From positions 701,520-765,333 of the forward strand of contig NMRA01000159.1 in the NCBI GenBank assembly GCA_002633005.1: 63,814 nt of DNA, in the 5' to 3' direction. Of this stretch, positions 36,576 through 48,761 are shown one piece after another. This stretch comes from Phoronis australis (lineage: Eukaryota; Animalia; Phoronida). Below the pieces are notes generated by a model. The model was not told where the DNA came from and did no database searches. It saw only the letters and a program-made list of their open reading frames with translations. A program made the position numbers and the translations under genes. Each line of letters opens with the position of its first letter. Within the stretch, counting starts at the first letter, position 1.

Positions 36576-38120
36576 CCCAAAAGTGGTTGAAACCCGGTCT
36601 CCGAAACAGGTGAAATCGTAAGCTAGAATTCATCAAAGTTACGCTCTGTGACGCATCTGTAACCTATGAACAGAGTTTCTACAAAACTGCAGAGCATTGC
36701 TATCAAACTTTGTTGTCAACTTACGAGCATTTTTCAGAAAATACCACTGCCAAAAATTGCCGTGAATCAGGTTCCAAGCTCCTCAGCTTGGTTTAACTAT
36801 ATATTAATAAACCATAAAAATGGTTCCAAGTGATCAGTGCAATGCCTGCGCACGTCTAATAAATGTGTATCATGCAGCTCCTGATTTAAACAAAGGTCTG
36901 TTTTTTTTATTTTTGGTCCGGTATAAATAACGCCACAGACCTGGAAATCCAGCGAAACACTTCTACCTTACAAATCTGACAATCCCTAGTCTCAGAAAAT
37001 TTGAGCACCCGGCAAAAGATACTAATGATGAAATTCTGGTGATGATAATCACCCACTTTGTTTATTTACTTCACCTCAATTTGAGATACTTGGTAAAATG
37101 AAGCCCATTCGAGTAAGCATCATGTGGGTCCCAATGCCAACCCAATATATAATAGAACCCAACAAGCTCAAGTTGCAGTCAAATCAGGATGGGCATAAAT
37201 AAGGAAATTCACTGTATCAACAGATTGGCCAAATAAGAATAAGATACAAAGTGTTGTTACAGTGCACACGTGCACGATACTTGGTCTATTATTTTCCCGC
37301 TGTAAACGCATGAACCAATCAGATCACCAATGGCGCAAAGTTTTCGAAAATAGCTCGATTTTTCGGGAGTCCTGTTTTACTGTTCTATTTATTTTCAAAA
37401 CTTTATTATGTTACATTTAGTTTATTTTCTGTTCAACTCAATGAAGCCACCTAATATGAATGCATTCAACACAATTAATGCATTGTAAAAACCAAAAGTT
37501 ATGCTCTATCAACGTTAGACAAAATCAGTACACCCCTTTCTTAAAAAATGGGTTAAAAGTTAGAAACAAAGGACACTAGTTTGCATCACTTGTAACGTCG
37601 ATTTTCGACATTGATGTTGGGGAGGAACAAGTCTGGCGACAGCAACACATAATCACACGAAGGCGATGATTTTCAAAATTTGATTCGTTTTCGTAGTATA
37701 TGTCTTTTTTCCCTATGGTTCAGGGCTACTTCTGAATCCAGGAACAAGAACTGAACAAGGCAGGGTTCGTGAAAACGTTGGAGAACGGTAACATTTATAT
37801 AAGGTGTTACAACTGTCATCGATATTGTCATCTCCTCTGTTTTCATCCAACCTTCCGAGATGAAAACTTGAATGAAGAGGACCTTCAGTACTTGAGTGAG
37901 CATGGTATACTGTGTGATTTATGTTGAATTATTCAACGGTTCTTTTAAGAACCATTTCACGCTATAGCTACAACCAACGGCCCTTTTAAGGGCCACTCAA
38001 CACTTCCCAAAAAACTGCTCACTTGAGAATGTTGATTTATAAACACGCTTTCGTAGTTTTCTTAGAAGGCCTATGTGAACCATAAATCAAAAACTATGCT
38101 GCTATTGGGCAAGCAGACGA

Positions 38121-38275
38121 CGCTTTTGAGATCTCAGCTTGAACACTTATATCAAAAAATTGTTAACGACGTTGTTTGGCTATCAATATACCTTTCTTTC
38201 TTGCTAAACTATATTAAAAGGACATAACTGATCGGTGAAAAGTCAAAAATCAAATTCTACAGGCTTTCTACTTTC

Positions 38276-38329
<54 letters not shown>
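38121..38329 (+). repeat. Intron segment paralogous to 7487-7506 plus 7994-8180, ending in (TA)n
   Basis: Near-identical sequence that lacks the LINE insertion. Confidence 0.85.
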
Positions 38330-38332
<3 letters not shown>

Positions 38333-41300
38333 GTTTGTATACAGAAATGGGGTTATTATCTGAAACCTTGAATTGGGGTAAAATTTTGAGACCTTGTTCC
38401 GGGGCATATATATAATATATAGCCCGCAACTGTTTATGCCCCATTGGGTATATGCCCCGGAGCAATATATATCCCGCAATTATATATACCTCACTAGGTA
38501 TATACCCCAGTACTATAGCCCGCAGGTATGTATGTCCCATTGGGTGTATACACTATATACCCCGCAACTTTATATATCCCATTAGATATATGCCCCAGTA
38601 TTTTATATATCCCGGTTTTCCACCTAATATACAATGTACAAGCCCCGCAACTATGTTTATGTTACACTCGGTTAATGTCTTGATATGCCAAATATACACT
38701 CTTCCAAAGGCCCTTGGAATAACGTGTATGTGTCCACAACAGATTTTACCACTTTCAAACCTAAAAATGTATGATCCTTTCATCTGTTTATAATTCTGAA
38801 ACGTAAGCAGATGACACTACCTCTGTCAGGCTCTACGGTGTACGTTGATACCTTCGATAAAAATACTCTTCTATAAAATCGTTGAAACCATTGTGAATGA
38901 CATTCTTGCTTAGTTCGCCAATAAAAACTCTCACAGATGAAAGCTTAATCATTTATTGATCTGACACATAGTGAACTATAAATAACCCAAATTATCTTTA
39001 AAATCAAATGATTGACACCAAAATATAGGATACATGTACATCCATAGAAACAATGTTTGTGGTGTACGTGTACTAACAGTTTCATCCTGTGCAACATACA
39101 GATCTTAGCAGGCTTCCAGTCACCACAATTTCAGACTCCCACCATCTTAGTAGCAATTAAGACTACAAATGTAATTAAAGAAAATGTGATAGTTTTAGAT
39201 TAATTCGTGTTTGCTTTCTTCATACAAAATGCTTATACATAGTGATTACCATTCTCAATTATAACTGAAAGCAGTTATTTTTAAAGATGTCTAAACTGCA
39301 AAAACTGCAGTGCAATTTGTCTGTATTGTCTAACTAACAAAACTCAGGTTCTTAGATGCTGTGGTTGAAGTGATGGTGGTGATGATGAAGACCCTAACGA
39401 TCGGAGGTGACACTATGTAACTTAAGAAAAAAAACATAATAATGAGCAGATCCTGTTAACTTTGCTGTGCTCTTATTGAAAGTCCTATGATCATCGCTTT
39501 TGGCATCACTAACACATCCCGATGACTCTTTTCCCACCTCCATGGAGATGGTCGTATTGTCATCATCACTTTCAGCATCATTGCATAGCTTGGTCAATTT
39601 TCCTTTAACCTAGAACTTTCCAGACTCCATACTAGTGAAATTTAATCAGTGTATCACCTGAATTTTTTAAACATACATTTTGCTATGATAAAAGTTCGAA
39701 GATTAGGAAGGATTTTGTAGTTCGTAATACATGCGTTGTAAAAACTGTCATAAAACAAGTTTTTGTTAATTTTAGTGATTTACAGAGAATTTTCTGTATA
39801 TTATATTAAACTTAGGCCGGACAGGTATCTACTGAGTTTCAAGATTTTTTTACACTTTTTACCAATTTCTTAGTGTAGAACATTAATCATTTGACAAGTA
39901 TCCTTGTACACATTGCGAAAGCTGTCATTCCTGTAAGATATATGTATGATCCTACATTCTTACTAAAACAAACTGTCTTACACAAACATTAATATAACAT
40001 TAACAATTGTAATAGCAATAATACTTTTGTGATTTCTTTGTAGTTCAAATCTGTTTGTTGTGTTCCCTTTTAGTATTCCTGCAGGTCGATAGTCCAACGA
40101 GGAGTTAGTCAGAAAGACTTTTAAGACTTTTGGGCTTCTGAATTAAGTTGTGTTTTTCTTATTACTACTTTCATTCGATAGGTTTGTGGTCTCAAGACCA
40201 AAGGATCTTTATTCTAGACAGTGTTGAAATATACCTGATTAAAGGCGCGTAGGAAGGCAAAAAATGGGGGCACAAACCATTTCGACGTCGCCAAATAACT
40301 CCCCCATCGCGACCACCTCCGCTACCTCCCCCCACTCTCGCCCCCTGTCCTTCAAATGCGACCATATCTGTACCGAAATTTCCACGTGGAGAGGCACAGT
40401 GGCGGATTTAGGGGGCCAAGAGGCCATGACACTCCGAAAATTCTCCCAGATTCCATTTGTCAGTTTGAAGGTGCCAATTTATGACTGGTAAAACCCTTGC
40501 TAATACTCTGTCCTGCCCCCCCTCCCAACTCAAAATCCTGGATCCGCCTGTGGGACGGCAATCCCGGGGATCCAGCCATTAAGATTGAGTTGTGTAACCG
40601 TGAACCAACACGAAAAGTAAGATTGGGCCAAGTACACTAACCGGTAGCGAGGAGCTGCCTCAAGTACCTATAGCTGAGATATACCAGTGTGAAAATACGA
40701 AATTTTCGATGAACTAAAGCTAGGTGCTGGTCAGCACATCAATGATTCACTTGAGACAGGCAGCTTAGCTCGTACCGGCCGTCTGCGCTCGTTCTAAGGT
40801 CAAGATTCATTTTGTTGTGATCCAGTTTCGGAAAAACTTTATTTTATTATGGTCATTCTTCGAAAGAGTTTTTGTTTTTTGAAAATTTGAGGCCCCAAAG
40901 TCCTTGTTATAGTGCCTTTGGGACTGTTTCAAAATCCCTATTTGAAACACGACCGGTAGTTCAGTTTCTGGTGCCTGAGGAAAAGCAATCAATTCAGTTT
41001 TGAAGGACAAAAATTAATTACTCAATACTACAAGAAACTAAAAACACCAAGGAACTGTGAAGACAACCTTTCCAAGAAATGAGTTTAATTTTATTTATTT
41101 GAGGATTTTAAAACGCTTTTTCTATCTACGTCTAAGTGTACTTTACTATTTGGGGATCGGATTGGCAGAGTTTTTCCAACTCCATGCAGTAATTAAATTC
41201 ACTGAATTATCACCAATTCTTACAAGATTAGCTTCTAACTGTCAAAAATCATCTATGAATCTATCGATATTTGAAGATACATAAACAGAAACCAACGAAT

Positions 41301-44300
41301 TTGTTTATCAAACAGGAATGGTATGCGCAATTTTTGCAGGGTATTCGTATTAAGGTTTTTTCAGAGGTACCAATAACTGTTCACGATGTAAACTTGAATG
41401 CCACTGACAAAAAAACGTTGAAATCTTTGTTTATGATTGCGAGATTTCTTTGACTACCCCTTTCGACATGTACACGATCATCACAAATAGTAGCTTAGAC
41501 AGCAAAGTTCTCCACATGTGGGAATTCCTTAAAAACAACTCATAGTGACCATGTTCAAAAGAGATTCTATTCTTGTGATACTAAGGGAAACAGTAACATT
41601 ATTTTATAACTCACCATCGGAAATAGTCCTTTTGTGTAATTCACAAGTAGTGGTTTTCACGTTCTTCAAAATTTACGTGAACAACCTCGTTGAAAACGTC
41701 TGTGCACATCAAAGTTGGGTGCAAAACATATAACAATTTATGTCAATTGAAACTGAATTAATACAAGATGCAATGCATTTTTATGTCGTCTAGAGTAACT
41801 GCAAGCACTGTAGTTGATTTGTGTGGTCTTACATGTACGTCGGTCACGACTTTAGGGCCTCATTCAAAATGACCGGCGACATCAGCGTCCATTTCAAAAC
41901 TCTGCTTACGGAGACAAACAAGGATTAAGATTGGTAAAACACGTATATTTGTGATGGCTGATATATGTCCATGACATCACATGAGCAGTTGCTGACGGAC
42001 ATTGGGTAGTGTGACCATCAGCTGCTTATTATGCTTATGTTCACACTTTAGGGCACTGGTGTCTAATAACAGAAATTCATTAGCAGTAATAGAATGGCTG
42101 CAGGACGGGATTGAACTGGAACCTGGTACAACACTTCGGGGTGGCAGGTGGCACCAATGCACTATTAATTAAAATGCGTTTGCCTGACTTACTTGAAAGA
42201 ATCTATGTAATATTTCTGATGCTAAAATATTTAGTGCCGATCATCACGAATTGTTGTGTCGCCTCTCCCTCCCCCCTCCTCCCCTCCGGAGAGGGTTCCG
42301 CCCGAGACAAATCTCTCTCCATCCTAGCTACAGGTGCGCCCCTCAGGATGTACACAGAAGTCCTTGTCCTGACTGTTGCATGTTTCTGTATGCATTATAC
42401 ATTGCTCCTTGCTAGTTCAAAGGTTTAATTTGCCCTTTATATTTACCGTCAATCTTAACGAACTTGAACGTTCGTATTCTTCACTGTCTTAATCATATTT
42501 TCTAAACTTAGAATAAGTAATGCTTGTGCGAAAATCTTGCACCTCCATTTTGGTTGATATGAATTCTGATGAGACTGATCATCGCTCACATATATCAGTC
42601 TGATTAGGATCGTTTTTGGTCAGTGACAAGAATTCGTATAAATTACTAGGGCTGATGAAAAAACTTAGATCTTATATTACACCATTCGTTAATATTAATT
42701 CTTATCAACATCTTATAACATGTCATACCATTCTTAGAAATAGTCGAAATTAATCTATTTTAAAGAGTCATTTGTAATAAATTCATCAAAAGTAATTGAT
42801 TGTGTACACCTGTCGTGCACGCGCAGATATAGTCCCTGTGTACACTTGTCCTGCACGTGCAGATATACATGTATATAGAGGGACAAACGGAAATTTACCC
42901 CGAACTACTCCACCGAGAGAGGGCACCGTCTGAAATGGGACACCTTAAGTTGAAAGGCTAAACATCATTAAGCTGGGGAAAAAGTGACAGTTCATTTCAC
43001 CGTCGTGTGGTCCCAAAACGATGCAGGGAGTGACCTCCTTCAAAAATGAAATCACAATTTCACAAAAAACAGGAAAATAGAGGTAATCGATTCCAATATT
43101 GGGCCCTCTCTCCGTGAGCGGCCCCGAAAGAATTTTTCAATAAAAACACAAAAAGGTGGCCACTTGAATGTCATAAATGGCCTCCTTCAAGGGCGAGGAC
43201 TCCTAAATATGAAAAAACTATATTTTCAAATATCAGGAAGTGCGCAACAATTGTTGTTATCTGTCAGGTCATCAATTTTTCGCAAGCGATATCCAGTTTC
43301 GAGAAAAAAGTATAAAGCGAAGGTTGTCTCCGTTTTCCCTTGCCAGAGAGGGGGCTCTAGAAAAATATAGTTTTGCATTCGCAAAATTGACTTACTGAAT
43401 TTAAGCATCTAGTAAATTAGTACGCTCCGCAAAAGCTTCGCTTTACAAATTTTATCGATTTTTCGAAATACATGTATGGGTTTAGACGACTGGTGATGCA
43501 AAAGCGAAGACCATAACGACAGTGTCCTGGCCAGGGTCCTCAAAAGGTACTCCATGCACTGATGCAGGTTTGTTTAATGTTCTCTTGAATTTTCTCTCTT
43601 ATCCGTTTTTCGCAGTCTTTCTTTTCTCGGCTGTCCCCGGCACCACGCTTATATCGGTTGCCACGGTTTAACCCAGACGCTTAAAAACTTTTCGGGGGGC
43701 CCGTGCCCCTCCCCCCCCCCGTTTCCTACGGCACTGGATTAGCAGGCATAAAAGAGTGTAAGGTAACTATATCGCCATGACCACGATTGGTGGGTGGCAG
43801 GGCTAGGATGGCAAGAAAAAATTCCCGAAAGAACCCTGCATTTTCAAAACAAAGTCTTTAAATTTGCATTCATAATAATTCTTAATTGCGCTCAAATGTA
43901 CTAAAACAGCAGTCTTCTATAAGCTACGATGCAGTGTCATCACCCAATTCATTTTCAGACTAAAAGACTTTCGAACTATAATTCCTTTGCTTTGAAGACT
44001 ATCAAAAGTCCTTCGGAATAAACGATCGACAAACCCCATCTCAGCACATCTCGTATAGACATCACAAAACAATAAAGAAATAATAGCTGAACAGGTATTA
44101 CCGTATCCTAGACACCACCAAGAAATAAATTTTGAATTAAAATAGAAATTGCATTGTAAAATTTGAAAAACAAGTAATTTTAGTTACATGAAATACCTTT
44201 CAGACGATCTATCAGAAAAGCTCTTGGTTATTTTAGCAGAACTGGACACCTTGTGACGAAAACGGCACCTCCTCATTTCTTCATCTGAAACAAATTATAA

Positions 44301-46395
44301 ATGCAGTGATCTATGCTGCACTTTTACGTTTGTTTTCATTTGTTTGGCTTACTTAAAGCTGTCTTCTAAATTTCCATTAACATGAGTTTGAAAGTTATTC
44401 TGCTACATTAAATGGTTCAACTAGTAAACAATAAATATGTTGGGATGCAAACTGTTGCAAATAACGAAATGCGCAATGTTTTACAATGCTACTTCATAAG
44501 TCTGAAAAACAGGCTGTATGCTAGTGGAATAAGAATCAAAATGACTCTATAGTTACCTTATGAAAGTATTAAATCAAAGTAGTGATTCATTAGGACCTCG
44601 CACGCACGAATTTAAGAACATAAAATTATAGAAACCATGCGACAATTTGTAGAATCTTCGACAATTTATAAGTATATTTTCCTTAAAACTCATAACACCT
44701 TCATAACTCACCCATGTGAAGTTGCATGTTTCCCTAATCTGAGAAAATAAGCACCAAATTCTACCTTCATCTGTATCATTGTCACTTGAACTGAATGGAT
44801 TGGCGACATTCTCATCTGAAAAAAATCAAAACTGTCAATAGAAATGAATTGCTGTCTATAGTCCAAGGGGTCTATAGTTCGAAAACAATGGGATCTGTCC
44901 TCCGAAAAGTCAATAGTCGGAAAAATAGTTTTTTACATTATTCCGTAATCTACAGAATTAAATGTCTTCAAGATTTCAGATAATTTTACACCATATTCTG
45001 CATCTTTCAAAATTCCGTAAAGCTCTGTGAAGCAGGCAAGGCTCTCTTTCTTGAAATCGTGGTTATTTAATGAACAACCTGAACAAGCTACAAACACTTA
45101 GTTTAATGTTGCAAATTATCCTTGGTGACTATCGAGTTGGTAACGTAAGATAAGTTTCCCCTTAACTCTTCGGAGTATTGACCAATCGAGCCACAGAACC
45201 TTTGGACCAACCATCCCTTAATTATTGAGTATATTAAGCGGACATCAAAGTTACTGAGAGAATTCAAAGATATTTTAGGTATTTTTTCACAAGGTCTGGT
45301 CTGGTGTTTGTGCCGTCCTTTTAATGACAACAGAAAATACATGTATGTGTAGTGAAAACACATTCTAGTCACATAGTTAGTAAAAATTTGAGAACCTGTA
45401 TATTTCGGCAACCCAGAGAAAATAACTTCAGTAAATTATTTTACCCTAGAATTTCCCGTTTCAAGTTTGAGATTTGGTTTTCAGTCACTGATTTCAAACG
45501 GTTCATTTAAGGGTTGAAAATGATCTAAGGTTGATACTAGATCACTCACATTGGAGCAATGTGAAAACATGAACTGTTTCATGCTACATTAAGAAGATAC
45601 CCACATTTAAAGAACTGGGCAAGCAACACAGCATATCTATAACTTTGGTCGCTAATTTTCCAGGCTTGTTTGAAGTGTAATTATTTGTAAGGAAAAGTTT
45701 GTGCTTGGCATGTAGAATTGAACCAGAACAAAGTGTAAAAGTTTTACGAGCGATTTAACTCAATGCCTCAAGATATGGTTTAGTGTAAATGCTAGTATGT
45801 ACATATGCTGATTTGCTTCTTATTAGAATTTGTACATGCATGCCTAATTATTGCTTATTTATTTGATACAGGGATTCCATCTTACTAGAGGGCCTTTTGT
45901 AGCGTTCCAGTCCACAAAATGGACGAATTTCGTAGGAAAATCTGCTGAAAGAGCACCCATTTGTAAGGAATTCTCTCAGAAAAGGCACCATATCGCAGTG
46001 AATCTGGAAAATCCTACTAAGTGCAATTATTCTCAGCGATATAAAGCATAGTAATCTAAAACTCTCTGGATTTTATAGTAAAAGGAATTCTTCAGCTCAT
46101 AATAAAGGGGTGGTTACATTTTGAAACGTTTTTAGGAAGCTAGGACAGATGCGAGTATTTGGCCGCATCTTCTGCATTAGAAATAGTTTCTAGGACACTG
46201 CCAATTGCATGTTAGCCATCCATTATGCCAACATTTTGCAATAACTTAAATAACCAAAATATTAAGAAATTTGAAAGACTTACCATAGACTTAGATCTTG
46301 AATGTACCATCATTATATATACCCCACAATTTTTTGCAATCCCACAGTAAAGGTCTCATAAATAAAAATGCCCCGGATCTGTATAGTTCTCTTAG
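38330..46395. mobile_element. ~8.07 kb putative DNA transposon inserted in a (TA)n microsatellite
   Basis: Flanked by TA repeats on both sides and absent at the paralogous site (8133-8244). Imperfect inverted ends share TATACAGA...GGGG, TGA(A/G)ACCTT and GGGG.ATATATA. TATATRCCC subterminal repeats at 38400-38650. Confidence 0.6.
40397..40552. mobile_element. Short MITE with CAG(T/G)GGCGGAT termini (hAT-like)
   Basis: CAGTGGCGGATTTAGGGGG...CCTGGATCCGCCTGTG; related to 49163-49328. Confidence 0.55.

Positions 46396-46470
<75 letters not shown>
46396..46470. repeat. (TA)n(TG)n microsatellite
   Basis: Directly visible. Confidence 0.95.
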
Positions 46471-46472
<2 letters not shown>

Positions 46473-46621
46473 ATGTACTTTTACTGTGTTAAAATATGTA
46501 GTTTTGTAACCTTAATGCGATTCAAAAGCCATGTGCAAAGCATTTTTGTTAGAAATGAGGTTGCTCTTGTAGATTTGCAATTTTCATTAATTCTTCAGGC
46601 AAGTTGTACATTCAATTTCAG

Positions 46622-47399
46622 GTACATATTCTCAAACAGGACGACTTGGACAACCGGTCGAAACCTCTTGTACAGAAGAGCGAAAATAGTGATGGACGAT
46701 TACAATCAGTATACCTACCACACCTTCATGGACGGGGACATGATTTGGAATTGGTCTGAATGGCCTCATTTCGATGCTAACATCAATCGATCAAACTTGT
46801 CTCCAATGCGGGCGTACGAGCAGTTTTTGTTACGAAATCTACCCGTTTACAGCAACCCGTTTTACTGTTACATGGGAACTGGTAAACATAGCATTAAAGA
46901 CGATATGGAAACATTTATGAGAAAATATGCTTGTGGATCGGGATGTGCCCAAACTAACAGAACATTTCCCGCTATTTGTCTTGCAATAGCACCGGACGCC
47001 GCAGTTGCCAGTTTCCACAAGCATGCCATCGACAAGCTCTTGCCGTACAGTGAGCAATACGAAGCCAAATCTTGGTGGGTGTCTCAACAGATTATGTTCG
47101 TTCGAATGTACGTCAGGTTCCACAAACAAAGTTTGACTTTTCTGCCAGTAACAGTTTGCAATCCGTCCCACTCCAAGTATCCTCGCGGCTTGATCTCGTA
47201 CCACGAAATTATAGATGCAGAAAAATTAATGTCGCCTCCTTCGAAACGGAACTTGTCCATTTGGTTCGAAATGCATAATGTATTTAACAAGCCGAGCCTA
47301 GTACCCACGTGCCATCATATACTAGACCCGACCTCAAAGAGAACACCAAACTCTAATATGGAAATGTATGTTATGGATAGCGTGATCGTCAAGAATTAA
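46622..47399 (+). CDS. Last coding exon of glycosyltransferase-like paralog B
   Basis: Same acceptor and motifs as 8396-9173. About 19 amino-acid differences, no disruptions. Confidence 0.82.
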
Positions 47400-48302
47400 T
47401 TCGGCACTCTTCATATGCTGGCTATGTATTCATATACCGTCTTTTTTCTTTAATGGTTTATAATGGAATAAGACACATTAACAAAAACACGCTTTCCATG
47501 AAGTGACTCAAACAGGCACACACTCGCACATAAACCTCGACCGTTGCGGAAGTCTGTAACAAGCCAAATTTAATCAGATCTCCGTAATTGAGCTTTCTGT
47601 TTCTTCACTTATAATAAAACAACTCACCTTCATTGCTAAATGCGTCATTAGTCATGGCTCTTTGACTTATTTTCTCTGCAGCACACCCTTGAGAAAGAGC
47701 GCACCGCTCGATACGTGGGAATATTTTAATATATTTTAGTACCGACGCTCGTCATTTTAGTTTTACTAGTTTTACTATTTTACTTATAGAGAAGTGAATG
47801 TGATGCTTGGCTGCATAATTGTGGATAATTAATAACGGTACAGTATTTAGTACCGGTGAATTAGAACCGGTTTACTAGTTAATACCGGTACACTAGTCAA
47901 TACTGGTACAGTAAGTAGTACCGACACAGCGATTAGCACTAGCACAGTAAGATGTAGCGGCTCAGTGATTAGCATTGGTTTTCACATTTACAAATTGCCA
48001 CTTTTAAATGTGCTTAGTTTCAGTTACCCTTTCTGGTTGGATGCATGCTCGAGCAAGCATGTATACGGGAACTAAGATGACTTTCAAGACGATCAAGAAT
48101 TCCAGCTCCACTTTTTTGGTCGCCGTTAACTTTTTCACCGCGCGATTACTATAAAGTGTTTGAATAGAAGTCACACGAGTTTGGCCACAACAAGAGACTG
48201 AGCAAAGCGCTTCGCTGATTCCCTAAAAGCCTAGCCAGCACGTGCTGGCAACTGACCACCTAGCGGCACGCAGGGAACCAGCGAGAGCGAAGAGCGTGAC
48301 CT

Positions 48303-48442
48303 GCCTCCCGTTCAGTAACGCTAGGACCTCGCTAAAAGACAAGACTGCGCGAGATTACGAGATATATTGTCGTACATTTTAGATGAGAACACGTGACGTT
48401 AACTAGATTTTACCTAGGTCCTAGCATTACTAAACGCACGCC
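48303..48442 (-). mobile_element. MITE family M1 copy (paralogous to 9980-10119, so it predates the duplication)
   Basis: Same flanks as 9980-10119. Confidence 0.7.
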
Positions 48443-48761
48443 TGGTGGCTGGTCTTTGCAAAAGGTAGCATGGTAAGACATGACATCGGGAAGTGTTTGT
48501 GAGATTTGTATCTCTTGGACTTTTTCGTGAACTGGCGTGATTTCGCGTAACTTTTATCCAGCGACGGAAGCCCCATTGAACTTCGACAGATTTTCATGGA
48601 TATGCTAGAATAATATTGACACAATTGTCTCCAGAGTCATGAAACGTGTATGTGTTAATTAAAACTCATATGAATAAATGAATAATTCGATGTTCTTCGC
48701 TGCATCTTCAAATGAGTAATTTTTATGGGGTACCTTACCGCCTGTGTAGCCTACTTTCTTG

